Assembly: GCF_964188315.1 (NCBI RefSeq)
Contig: NC_135660.1
Span: forward strand, 36,518,001 to 36,582,000
Source: Podarcis muralis
Lineage: Eukaryota
Length of the DNA: 64,000 bases
Direction: 5' to 3'
The position numbers were made by a program, and so were the translations under genes. The notes under the pieces are model-generated. The model saw only the letters and a list, made by a program, of their open reading frames with translations, was not told where the DNA came from and ran no database searches. Below, in pieces: positions 23,601-34,500 of the stretch; the first letter of the stretch is position 1; every line of letters begins with the position of its first letter.

Positions 23601-26600
23601 TAGTCGTTTAGTCGTGTCCGACTTTTATGCTTGCTAGGTGACTAAAATTACAACTTCTCATCAACTGTTGAATTGTTGAGTGAGCAACAAGCTACCAAGG
23701 AAAAGTTTCTGTAACTTGGATGTTGCTCAGTGGGATTTGTGCATCAGATTTTTTTGCGGGGGCTCAGATAATTGCAAAATGGCTGCCACTCTCCTCTCTG
23801 TAGCGACTTGCTGCAATAGTTTACAAAGTCTTTTGTGTTTTGTTGTGCTTGTACCATTTTGGAATATAGCCTGAGTTCTGCAAATGCAAACCATGCCCCG
23901 CCGAGTGAATTGCTAACTGAGAAATGCCAGGAGCTGCAGCTGACAGAAGAGCACCTCTGCCAGGCCAAGGCTGAGATAAAAAAGGTGAGGGTCTTTTGTG
24001 CAAATAAAAGATGCGCAGTGATATATCATTTTAAAATAGGTTTGGGCACTGTAGGAATCGATGTTGTTACTGAAAGCCCCATTATACCTAGTAAGCACCC
24101 TTATTTTCAATGGTTGCTTCTGAGTTTTGTCTATGTATTAGATGCCATCTGTGTATTAAGTTAAGAATTTTCTCTGATGTGGCTTGATGTTCATTTTAGG
24201 GATTTTTTAGTCCATAGATTGGAACAAACTATGCAACAATCAGCTTCTTCAGTTTCTGTGTCTTAAGTCCTTCCCACAATTTTGTTTAATAGCTCAGCCT
24301 GGTCCAATGGCTAGGTCAGTGAGTATTTCATATAGAATGGAAAGCAATTTTTTTTAGTGTTCAGTTGTGTTCAGCATTAGTTTTTGAAATGGTGCTTACA
24401 ATTTGACTATTGGCACCTATCACCTTTTTTGATTACCTTTTTTTGGTAATATTTTTAAAAATATTTGTCTTATTTGCACTTTAGTGTGTAGTAGAAGCTC
24501 AGGAACAGTCAGGGGGCATTGTTATAATGTGAATAATTCAGTTTGCCAGTCCACTTGTGGGTAATTTGTTAATTTATCATTAATCCCCTGTTTCAATGAA
24601 ATACAACTGCCCTAAGAATGCAGAAGATCAATGTATACAGGCAGAACTATTACACTGTGCATTAGTACTGAATGAATTATGAAACAGTGCTGCTCACTAG
24701 GATTAAGTAGTAAGCAACTGGAGGACGTTGTGCTTCCAGAGAGCTTCGTATGCTGAGATTTCTGATAATCAGTGAAATGTTAACTGCAAATTTCATATAT
24801 GTTTCTGTCTAGCTGAAGGAGCAGCTATTGCACAAAGAACATAGTCACAACAGTGAGTTAGAAGGAATGAAGCAGGAGGTTGCTCAGCTAACACGGGAGC
24901 TTCACCAGCGCGACATCACAATTGCCTCATCAAATAGTTGTACTTTAAACTTGGAGCAGCAACTAAAAATGGAGATTGAAAAAGCAGAACGGAAGGCAGT
25001 GGAGCACAGGGTAAATAGGCTGTTATCCCTCAAAATATTTTGATGTATAGCAATTAGAGCAGGGGGTTGCAAACCTTTATGGAGCAGTAGGCCCATCTTG
25101 CATTTTGAAAGAGTGCTGTGGGCACCAGTCACAACATGCCTGCCGTGGGAGGGGTGGCATAACAAAAAAATTGTGCAGTCATGGTGAAGCTTTTTCTATA
25201 ATTGTATTTCCATACTGGAAAAGGCTAAGCCTTTTCCGCACAACTGTTAAAGGCACAAAAAGTCTGGTTTTCCCCAATGCCAACCCCAACCCATAGCCTA
25301 AAGTGCCCCATTAAACACATGTATACCATTTTACTATAAGTTGACTATGCAGTGAATTCTTAATGAGTCCCTGGTTTTTAGCTTCTCTGCAGGTAGGAGG
25401 CATGCCTAAGCCTCTTTCATAAAGTTTTCACATTTGCATTTGGCAGAGGAGTAGAGATTATTTAATATTAGAAAAAAATAATAATTTCTAGGGCATACCT
25501 AATCCCAGATGAACCCACTGCAGGAAAGATGTAGCTTGGTGTGGCGTTCATACAGAGCCCCCGGTTGTTTCACAGACTTACTGACCTATACAAAACTACT
25601 TTATTCTTCCGCTGCCACCAATTTTGTGGAAAAAACCCAGGGATCCCCGGTGAAGTATTGAGTCTCAGGTAGAGTTAACAATGAAGATTAAAGTTTATTT
25701 CAAACACAAACAAGTTTTAAAATATATTCGAAAAGCTGCCAGTCTATTCCCTCACAGTCATGTCCCTGTTTCTAACTCACTCTGACTCCTCTATCTCCCC
25801 CCCCCCCCAAAAAAAAAGAACCAACCAGAACTAACTGTCAAAACCTCTGGGCTGAGCCTCAAAATCAGGTAGGCTCCGCCAGGCTTTCTTATTGGTAAAC
25901 CTATTAACCCTTTCTCTCCCCAATACAAACGTATCCCCAAAGAATGGGCAAACGCCACACTTGGTTACTAGGGAAAAAGAAAAGGCAAACTATGGAAAGT
26001 CTGAGGTCTCAAAAATAACACAGAAGCAGAGAGGCCACTAAAGGAGGAGGAAACAGCTGCTTTTTGGGACCCCAGGGATATTTGTCGCCTGGTGTCCAAA
26101 CAACTCATTTATGAACTACAGCTCTCATGTATTCATTGGCAAAAACCACTACCAGCTGGGAGTAGCCAGGCTGGCTAATTTCACAGAAATTTCATAGAAA
26201 GCTGCCTGTACATTTTGATTTATAACTTTCTAGGATGGCTAGAAACTTATTTTTAAAAAACAAAATATCACAGTCTTGGGGCCCTGCCTGTGGTTTAATG
26301 ATGAAGGCGGCTTTTGCAGGAATGATGGCACTCATGGGTGCCTGATTGGAGAGCCCTGCATTAGAGGAAACCATATGTTGTGGGATGACACTTCTTTGGT
26401 TGAACGGTTCCAGACCCTTTAGCTGTATTGGCACCACATTTTCAGAGTTAGCTATGAGGGCTAGAAACTTGCTAAGATTAAGGTTGCAATTCTCAGATTT
26501 GCACAAGTTTATGGGCTATATGGTTCCTCCATGTGAAATATACTAACGGGAAAAATGGTAACTTCTCCCCATCCCCCACCCTGTCACTTCAGGCTGTTTT

Positions 26601-27426
26601 GTCGCAGTTGGAATCTCTTAAGCAAGACAATCACCAGCTCTCAGAAATTCTTCAGAAGGTAAGTGTCTGGTGTGATGGGATGTGCTATTTGAAGTGTTGT
26701 GCACTTGTAGTCTCTCTAGAAAACACTTGGCTTTTGTGTGTGTTGCGCAGGCAAGTGCATCTTTCATATATTTATACAAAGCTTTGAAAGGTGATTTGAT
26801 ATTTTTATACTGAAGCTTGCAGGTTAAGTCACAGTGGGGTTTAAGTGAAATTGGTGAGACTTCTGACTAAACATCCTAAGCGTTAGGATAGAAAGATGGA
26901 CAGATTGAACTATGTATATTTTATTTTCTGGGCCCACTAGGTGTCAGTACAATGTTAGTGAAGGAGAGTATAAAATGAAACATTGCAATAAAAGTTGGCA
27001 TTCAAAGCCTGCTTTTGATTGAACCCCTACACATAGTTATAGTAATTTGAAGCCCATCCACATTGTCACAGAAAAATTGTGCTGTCTCTTCTCAGTAATA
27101 AGAACACTGTTGCACATGATTTCCCCTGATGAATGTTGCTGAACTGGTGGAACTTGTTTTCTGCACATGGCTGCAGCAGACAGAATTGTCTCATATTGGT
27201 AATTAAAGTGGGCATATCAGAGGGTGGTGTCTTCTTGTGCCCCTCCCCACTCCACCCCATAATTTAAGCTCTCTGGAGAGAACAAGCATTTTATAACAAA
27301 ACATTGAAAATGGAATACTAGTGAAGATTTGTCTAGGGCATTTAATTTTAGTAGGTATTAAGAAGAATACAATTTGGTTTGTGTTTATAATCAAGTGAGA
27401 TAATTTGGCTGTTCAGACATTGCACG

Positions 27427-27462
<36 letters not shown>

Positions 27463-30400
27463 CTCTTCTGTACCTTGTGAGACAACGTGTGAGCCTTGGT
27501 TTTCCTTCCATCTCTTTCCCCACTTCTGTCATTATGGGGAGAAGTGAACCAAATTGATCCTGTGTAAGTTTGAACATGGGATCTCCCTAGATTTTGGAAA
27601 ATCTCCTTGTCCAGGTGTTCATTTTTACAACAGATAGGGTGAGCAGGGCAGCAGCTCATGAGTCCAATAGCCCTCTGCATAGAGGGGTGGGAATCATGTC
27701 CCTAGAGCCTCCATGGGATGGGGGGGTGGGGCGGTTTCTGAGTTTGATTTTGTTCTTCAGTTTACAAATGTATTCATATTTTGAAATGAAATTAATCTAG
27801 ATCACATGTTACAAAATGCATTTCAACGTTTTGATGTGACAAGAAACAAATGGTAGGGAGCAGGTTTGATAATGTTCTACATCTCCACTTGAAAATACAG
27901 AAGGAAATTTCACTTGAAAATCTTGAATGACATCTCAGCATTTGCAGATATGTTGCAGCTCTTGCAAACTGATTAGAATAGGGAAGTGAAGGAGATGGGG
28001 TAGAGGCTGACTGAGTTAAATAATCTTACTAAGGGAAATTACTGAGCTAAAAACTTGATATTTCAAAAATGTATATGTTTGCTCAGTGTTGCTCAGCTGA
28101 CGTGAGTTATGCTCTGATCTGTGTGTGCATGTGTGGTTGGATTTCTTGGTAATAGGATCTTGGACTCGTGACTCTAGAGGAGTCAGTCCCAGCTGGTTAT
28201 TTAAGCTTTTCTCTGCAGTTGGCAAATACACTAATCGCACAGCGGTTTCAAATGAATGGAGTGTCAGGAGATTTTTTGTATATCCAGGTACAAGCAAGCA
28301 GTCCCATTGGCTTTGGTGTTAGTGGTGAGCTGTGCAGCTGGAACACATTTAATGTGACTGACATTTAAGTGATCACAAATTGGTCTTGAAGTTCACACCC
28401 AATTGAGATGAATGAGGGAAGCTTGTACCTATGTAGGTTTGATTAGTTCGGTCTTTCTAGATGTAGACTCATTCAGACAGCTGGTGATTGATTTACACTC
28501 TGAAGGGATTTTTTCCTAGTAGAAGACTTGGAAAATTTACTTCTTAAATTTGCAATACAAAATCAAACTTTCTAGGGAAAGCTGGGCTGGTGAACAAACA
28601 CAGCAGCGCTGACTAAAGCACTTCTGTCACCTTAAGGGAAAAAGTGCCCCCCTGGCAGAATTCCAGGAAAGTTATACCAAAGCCCTAAATAAGGTGGAGT
28701 CTGAAAACCAGCGATTATTGAAAGAACTAGCAGAAACTAAAGCCAGCCTGGAAGCCTCATCCCGCAGGTCTCAGGGCAGATATGAGAATATCATGCAGCA
28801 GATGCAGCAGCAGATGACTGAGATAAAGAATGTCGAAAGCAGGTAAGATCTATGTGTTCAACAAGTTTTTCGCTTGTTCTGATGAATTGTTTACAATGGC
28901 TGAAATCCTAGTATAGCTTAACGACTATGGAGTTCTGCAGTAAGTCATTCTGCTGTTACACCTTGAAGTCTCTGTGCACTGCATGTGTTTCCCCCCTGGA
29001 ACTGAAAACAGTTTGTTCCTAAACGTTCTTGCATAATATTTGCAGCTGAGAAGAGCTGGTCTGTATTGAGTGAATTATTTTTTTTAATAATCCATGTTCA
29101 GGAGACTGCAAGAGCTGCAGTGTAAGCATGAAGAAGAAATGAGAGTACTTCAGGATAAATTTGACAAGACTGTTCAGCATTATGAAGAAGAAATTCAAAA
29201 GGTGCAGCATTTGTCAACCAGAAGAGTTTTTAGTACAGCTGATGGACTGTCTCCCCAGATCAGCAGGAGCAACTCTGTTGAATCCTTGTCCTGTGATCCC
29301 CTTCTGAGATCAGATTCCTTGCCACATGGAAACAGTGAATTTACTTATATGTTCGGCAAGAATGAGAAAGAACTCCTGTCTTTGGTAAGCATGAAACGAA
29401 GTGTCACACCAAGTTATATGCAGAATCCGCGAGGGTTGAGTGTGGTGCCTAATGTAAAACCACTACCACAAATGTTTGATGTGTGTGTTGGACTAGACAA
29501 ATCTTATTTGAAAAAGTCTTCCAAATGCCATGAAACCTCTGTTCAAATGAAGACTGCAAGGATTCTGTAGTAGGACAGCAGGTGGCAGCAGCTTGTTGAC
29601 AAGAGGCACAGAAAGGGGTGTCCCAAGTACAACTGAATTGTTCCTTGTCTCCATGCAGACCAAAGCGGATTCCACTGCCCCTCTTCAGTTGACCTGCTGC
29701 TTATCAAAGCCTGGGTTTAAGATTGGATGAAAACATGGGCGAACAGGGAGGGCTTGCTCATAGGTCTTGCTTCTCCATCATTTCTTCCCAATTCCCTGTG
29801 CTTTCTTTGCTAGTGGTTTGCATGCACGCACATGGCATGGTGAGATTGGCCAACGCTGCGCTAGCAGTGAGTTCGTTGCTGGCATGCTGCAATTCCTTCT
29901 ATGGATAAGCAGCTCTTTATCATGCCTACCTCTCTCCTAGGAAAGCTGTAAACAACATTCACACCAATACATGTAGGTCTGTGAAGGGACTAGAGGTTTC
30001 CTAACAAATCTCACTACCCTTAACAAACTACACCTCCCAGAATTATGGGGGATGTCATGTCTGTTTATAATGTTTTGAATGTGTGGTGTGATTGTGGCCT
30101 TAGACATTATAATGGTAGCTCTTGCAATGGAGAACCATGTGGAAGTGGACACACTGAAGTGGGTGGAATAGGATTTGGTGCCTACAATGTCTAGTATTAA
30201 GAAAACTAAAACATTGATATTAAGTTGTTCCTATAATATGAGCTATTGATACACTCATGTGCAATGTAGGTCTTTAGTACAGTTGCTCCAGAAAAGGCAG
30301 CATATGTCCTCTTACACTTACACAGTTTCTATTGGTTGTGCATTTAGGGTTTAACTCAACTAAGGACTTCTGCTTGTGTAACAAGGCTTCCCCACCTGCA

Positions 30401-31244
30401 ATGACCCCAAAATTGCCTTGAGGGCACATGGGAGAAACCCCAGAACATGCGGAGGGAGGAGAGGTGGGGTTCATTCTGTCTGACAAGCTGAAATACTTGG
30501 GCAGACAGAACGATTAGAAGTGTGTGACATTGAATTCCACCCTATAATTTTATTTTTGAAAGATGTGACTCCTTGACCATAGCTTGCTGAGGTATATTGA
30601 GAATCTTGAGGGGAGCATGAAAGGCTTACAGTTCAATCCTAATCTTGTTTAATCAGAAGTCAGCCCCATTTCTGTGACTTTAAATCCTAAAAATATTTCA
30701 ATTAACTTCAGTGTTTTAAAGGCAAATAATAATTACTAGAGTTTTCAGTCATGATTTCTAATGTACAACTTCATCACACCCAATCTAAGCTCAATAGATG
30801 AAAGCTTAGGTGTGGGTGTGTGCTTAAAAGCAAACTATATTGAAATAATTGAGATTAATCTCCAAGTTAACATCTTTGGATGATGGTGTAAGCCAAATAC
30901 TAGCCAAATACTATATAATCCAACATTTTCACATTTTTCAGGGTTAAATATATACCAACAGTGCTGAGATGATGCTTTGCTTAGGGGATTTCTGTCCATA
31001 GATGCAGTTAAATAGTAAAATGTAGCAGTAGGCCAGAAATAATCTTCTGGTTGAGTCCTGTTCAACATATATGTTTTATTTTTAGAGCCCATTGCCTACA
31101 ACAAACATTGGTGCGATTGCTGTCAAGTTCTTGGAGGAGGAAGAAGAAAGATCTCAACATATTTTAGAACGCTTAGATGCACATATTGAGGAGTTGAAAA
31201 AGGAGAGTGAAATGACAATACAGCAGTTCAAACACCAAAAGTGA
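8290..31244 (+). CDS. CEP63: Centrosomal protein 63, join(8290..8321,10120..10297,11978..12073,15142..15267,18458..18571,20736..20969,21228..21373,23254..23373,23870..23984,24813..25010,26593..26658,28637..28842,29102..29384,31086..31244); 2073 nt, 690 aa
   Basis: All introns GT-AG and the frame is continuous. Hallmark peptides match human CEP63 as recalled: [105 protein letters not shown]. Synteny between ANAPC13 and KY supports CEP63 rather than its paralogue DEUP1. Confidence 0.96.
8638..8878. mobile_element. hAT MITE with perfect 8-bp TSD
   Basis: TIRs CAGGGGTGCCCAAC / GTTGGACATCCCTG; TSD ctctagaa at 8630-8637 and 8879-8886. Confidence 0.9.
9185..9616 (+). mobile_element. Truncated Tc2-like (TcMar) non-autonomous element carrying a GC-rich minisatellite
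   Basis: TA|CCATATTTTGTGCCCCATAGGACGC start, resembling CCGTATTT...GACGCAC Tc2-type termini; no right TIR. Confidence 0.65.
9381..9616. repeat. 89-bp GC-rich palindromic minisatellite, about 2.7 copies
   Basis: Units start at 9381, 9470 and 9559 (GCGCTGATCCC...). Confidence 0.95.
10120..10297 (+). CDS. CEP63: CEP63 exon: [16 protein letters not shown]...DEKCKE
   Basis: 178 nt, phase 2 to 0, AG 10118-10119, GT 10298. Confidence 0.97.
11978..12073 (+). CDS. CEP63: CEP63 exon: [32 protein letters not shown]
   Basis: 96 nt, phase 0-0, tttcAG acceptor, GTGAGC donor. Confidence 0.93.
12149..12188. repeat. (AT)20 microsatellite
   Basis: Direct read. Confidence 0.98.
12635..12740. mobile_element. 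hAT-type MITE fragment
   Basis: TCCCATCATCC...GATGGGA...AACATCTGGAGGG core shared with 6384, about 50950 and 60627. Confidence 0.55.
12910..13148. mobile_element. Tc1/mariner MITE (second subfamily)
   Basis: TA|CAGTGGGCGCTCGGGTTGCG ... GTAACCCCCGAGGTATGACAG|TA; CpG-rich. Confidence 0.8.
14590..14631. repeat. (TAG)14 microsatellite at the end of a LINE-like 3' tail
   Basis: Direct read; preceded by a TGTAAACTGCTTTGA... L2-like tail. Confidence 0.95.
15142..15267 (+). CDS. CEP63: CEP63 exon: [15 protein letters not shown]...LTKKLE
   Basis: 126 nt, phase 0-0, GTAAGT donor. Confidence 0.95.
17918..18344. mobile_element. Tc1/mariner-type MITE interrupted by a second mariner MITE
   Basis: Outer termini TA|CAGTAAGAC ... 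GCTTACAG|TA. Confidence 0.6.
17984..18193. mobile_element. Tc1/mariner MITE (nested)
   Basis: TA|CAGTGGTACCTCTGGTTACGAAC ... GTTCGTAACCAGAGGTGCCACTG. Confidence 0.9.
18458..18571 (+). CDS. CEP63: CEP63 exon: [13 protein letters not shown]...SDLIQ
   Basis: 114 nt, phase 0-0. Confidence 0.97.
20736..20969 (+). CDS. CEP63: CEP63 exon: AQLSSRKQ...RNSLE
   Basis: 234 nt, phase 0-0; weak donor GTCTGT. Confidence 0.95.
21228..21373 (+). CDS. CEP63: CEP63 exon: [17 protein letters not shown]...EAFV(R)
   Basis: 146 nt, phase 0 to 2. Confidence 0.94.
22590..22945. mobile_element. Palindromic AAACCATGGTTT-type MITE (PIF/Harbinger-like)
   Basis: CTAAGCCAAACCAT direct copies near 22592 and 22833; inverted copy ATGGTTTGGCTTAG near 22917. 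Family assignment is tentative. Confidence 0.5.
23254..23373 (+). CDS. CEP63: CEP63 exon: [11 protein letters not shown]...IIHLEG(S)
   Basis: 120 nt, phase 2-2; divergent, but ends in LEG as the human counterpart does. Confidence 0.85.
23590..23625 (-). mobile_element. 36-bp 5'-truncated BovB/RTE insertion
   Basis: Reverse complement AAAGTCGGACACGACTAAACGACTAAACAACAACAA matches the 3' end of the BovB copy at about 46105-46139; 10-bp TSD tatgcttgct at 23580-23589 and 23626-23635. Confidence 0.9.
23870..23984 (+). CDS. CEP63: CEP63 exon: LSSANAN...KAEIKK
   Basis: 115 nt, phase 2 to 0, GTGAGG donor. Confidence 0.92.
24813..25010 (+). CDS. CEP63: CEP63 exon: LKEQLLHKE...[11 protein letters not shown]...KAVEHR
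   Basis: 198 nt, phase 0-0. Confidence 0.97.
25540..25959 (-). mobile_element. Solo-LTR-like element (420 bp) with internal tRNA-Leu PBS
   Basis: TG...CA ends with 9-bp inverted termini TGTGGCGTT/AACGCCACA; 5-bp TSD cttgg at 25535-25539 and 25960-25964; minus-strand AATAAA signals. Confidence 0.85.
26593..26658 (+). CDS. CEP63: CEP63 exon: [22 protein letters not shown]
   Basis: 66 nt, phase 0-0, GTAAGT donor. Confidence 0.93.
27428..27460. repeat. (AC)16 microsatellite
   Basis: Direct read. Confidence 0.98.
28637..28842 (+). CDS. CEP63: CEP63 exon: [27 protein letters not shown]...KNVES(R)
   Basis: 206 nt, phase 0 to 2; acceptor gtcaccttAAG. Confidence 0.92.
29102..29384 (+). CDS. CEP63: CEP63 exon: [12 protein letters not shown]...[10 protein letters not shown]...ELLSL
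   Basis: 283 nt, phase 2 to 0; LSPQIS motif as in human; GTAAGC donor. Confidence 0.93.
31086..31244 (+). CDS. CEP63: CEP63 last coding exon: [52 protein letters not shown]
   Basis: 159 nt, TGA at 31242-31244; conserved C-terminal helix. Confidence 0.97.
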   Translation, partial: SPLPTTNIGAIAVKFLEEEEERSQHILERLDAHIEELKKESEMTIQQFKHQK

Positions 31245-31510
31245 CATTGCTTCAAGACCCAAGGATTGGAAAGCTGGCTTAATATAAGATGCGTCAAGAA
31301 GGGGACCAAGGGAGCCTTCAGCAGCTCTTCTTTTTCCTGGTTTTAGTGGTGGTGAAACCAAGGAAATGAAGTTTGTCTGGAGCAAAGCATTATGTCTGGG
31401 GGCAGTAATTGCACTACTTTCTAGATGCCTTATTAAGTCCTGCTGCACAAGAGTGTGCAGTGACTTTCAGGAGGGAATGATGTAGCGCTTTTTTTTTTTT
31501 GGTAAAAGAA

Positions 31511-31553
31511 AATAAATCTATTTTATATGTATATATCCATGTGAATAAATAAA
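31511..31553 (+). terminator. CEP63 polyadenylation signals
   Basis: AATAAA at 31511-31516 and overlapping copies at 31544-31553, about 270-300 nt after the stop. Confidence 0.7.
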
Positions 31554-34500
31554 ATGACAACTAACCCATCTTCTTCTTATATCGTTACAACCCATGTTGC
31601 TGACCATTTTGGGAATTAGGTTACTTTTTGCTTCCAATTTTGCTTGATGTTTATTCCATGAAATATCTTATTCAAACAGTTTGAGAAACCAAGAAAAGGA
31701 GTTGTGATTTTGCTTCCTTTTTAGTTTTCCTGTAGAGTTGGAGTTTCCTGTACTTTGTGTTGCTATCACTTGCATACCAAACACTACATAATGATGTGGT
31801 AGTGGTTCCATTGGGGGTCTGTTTTATTACTATTTTTCTTTCATAGTTGAAGAGGACAAAATGCAGTGAAATAGATACTCCATGAAAAGAGAGGGTGTTT
31901 TGGTGGAAGATAAGTTGGTACAGAAGGTGAAGTTCAATGTAAGTAATAAACACCTATACATGAAATCCATTTTACTTAAACAACAGCTGCCTTATGAAGT
32001 ACTAAGCAGCTGCTCACAGCCATAAGAGCAAATTTAGAAGGCTGGTCAATCTGCCAGACAGCTATTAAAAAGTTGTTTTAGCTTAAACAAGAAATGTGTA
32101 TCTTTAAAAATGTGTCCTTGAGCAGAAACCAAGATCCCAAGCATTAGGCTTCCATTCCCACCCCAATTAATCCTTTTTGCTTATTGGCCCTTGATAATCC
32201 AATTACTAAAATGAATTACTAGATTTAAAATATTTTCAGTGAAATATGAAAATGGTGGAGATATTCAGCCTTGCCCCCTGAATCCTTAGAATAATACATG
32301 TGTTCATTTAAATTCTAAATCTCTTGCTTTTCCTTTTCAAAGGCTTCTGTTCATCTGCATGTAGGCTATACCTTTCATTTATTGTTTCTTCTATATGTCA
32401 GAGAAGCCCCTGTATGTGACCAATACCTCCCCTTTTCAATAACATATATTTTTAGAGGTTTTAACTTGAATTTGCTCCCATATACATGATGGTATTAATG
32501 CTAATTATCCTTTGCTGAATGGATGATCTTGAGAATATGTTATCTTGAGAAAGCGGAGAACATCTGTATTTCTAGATGCAGAAAGGTTTGTTGCCAAGCT
32601 GAGGATGTTACTGCTGCTAGAAGGCTGGCCATAATTAACAACCTTCCAGATCTTGATTCAGGAGAATTCCTGCTCTGCAAGAGCAGCTTTTTGATGTTTG
32701 CCTCCATCATAAATGTAATAGTCTCTGTACACCACCAACCTCTTTCCAGTGTGCTAACTCCTGTGTTTTGCTTGCTGTGTTTGATTTTTATGGCTTCATG
32801 TCATTCTTCGTCAACACCTCTCACAGCAGCTTGACACTGATAGACAATATGAAATCAAATGTGGCATGAAGACAGACATTTTTTAAAAAAATTTATGTTG
32901 TTTTGTAGGAATGGTGAACAGTTCTTGTCAAAGCACACAGAGCAAATTTTTTTTTGGTGAAAAAGTGGTTGGGTGGTTGCCCCAGCAAAGTGAGTATACT
33001 CTGTCATTTCTTGTGTAAGAGCCCTGGTGTTAACATTTTGAGTAGAGGGACTGAAAGTACAGGAAACAGCTGCTCGAGTCAAGAAACACATGCTACAGAT
33101 TTACTCCTTGGAAGACAGAAGTCAGACAGGGAGACCTTGTAATTTTGCCCTTCATACTGAGCAAGGAACTTCTGTCATACATGAGGAACCTGACATGTAC
33201 ATTGGGATTGACTTTCCCTGCACATAGAGGTGACTTCTATGGGAGTGGCCAGCAAACTAAGTTTTGGATCCCTGAAAACGTGAATAGTTATGAATCCATT
33301 CCAGATGCATTTTCAGAGATGTTGTGATTTGTTTTTGTGAAACTTAAGAGTACAAAAATAATCACTTAGTCACAAATATGACAGCCTTTAAAATGGACTG
33401 CTACTGAATGAGAAGAGCAAAAATTCTGTGACTTGAAGATGAAAATTTTCCCACTGTGAGTGTTGGTCAGGAGAGTTCAGCAACTGTGGCTTTCTATGAT
33501 CTCCTGTTTGACAGTTTGCTCTTTGAACCAGGGAGAACTCTGACTGGCTTGCAGGTTCTGCAGTGCATAAGGCTATTGTATCATGTTTGACAGAGTTGGC
33601 GTCAAACCAGTGTTGATGTTTCCCCAAAGGCCATTAATTTCCTACTGTATGATGATCTTTAAGTTGACCTCCAGTAATGCGGAGGGTAGAAAATAAAGTG
33701 TAGCAATGGGTGCTCCAGATTGTGCAGTGCTGTGGAGGCAAACATTCCTTAGAGAACATTATCAGTGGAAAGAAAAGAAGATGCTTCTTAAAAATTTGAA
33801 ATGCATGGTGTACCTTGGGATATAAAATATGCCTTGTTGCAGCCATATTTTTTCCTACCTTGCTAAATCTTCAAGGATGTTGTGCATGCCGCCATCGAGT
33901 TCAATATAATTCCCTTTGTGACATTCATAATTGGGCAAAGACGAGAGCACCTTAACATTCTCTTGTAAATATATCTAACATCTTAACATTGCTCAGTCCC
34001 TTCTAAAAAACTGTGGGGCATCTCTGTTGTATAGAGCAAAAGTAGTGTATTTGGTGAGGAGTATCTTTGGTGGCTCACCCCTCACCCCTCCATTCTGATT
34101 CAACACAAATTGCTTTAAATCAAAAACTAATTTGGGTGTATCAAATTTTTTTTCCTGGAGGCCTATCTGATCCGAAAGAGGTACAAAAATGTTCTGTGCC
34201 ACTTCACTCGTGTTGCTTCATGTAACAGAGTTGGTTACTGTGTTTTTTTAATTCAGGGGAAACACTGGTTCATTCTTGGAAAGAGAGTTGTAATAACAGA
34301 GGTGCCAAGAACCTGAGACAGTGCTGTACTTTGGCAGGGCAAACTGTTAGTCCCAAAATGGACAGCAATCTGAGACGAGCAAATTGCACAAGGAGGTTGG
34401 TATTCCTGCTTGTTGCTTCCCTGTGCATATAGAGTACAGAAAATGCTAGAAAGGACTGATGAGTTAAGGGCAAAGAAAAAAAATATATTAGGAGTTATGT

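Noticed and set aside
29385-29570. Frame stays open 62 codons past the CEP63 donor (alternative C-terminus)
   Set aside because: The donor is strong (GTAAGC), no nearby AATAAA was seen, and the peptide is unrecognisable.
33993-34202. Protein-like 69-aa minus-strand ORF
   Set aside because: Overlaps what looks like a decayed Tc2-type MITE terminus (TATAGAGCAAAAGTAGTGTA); no splice or homology support.
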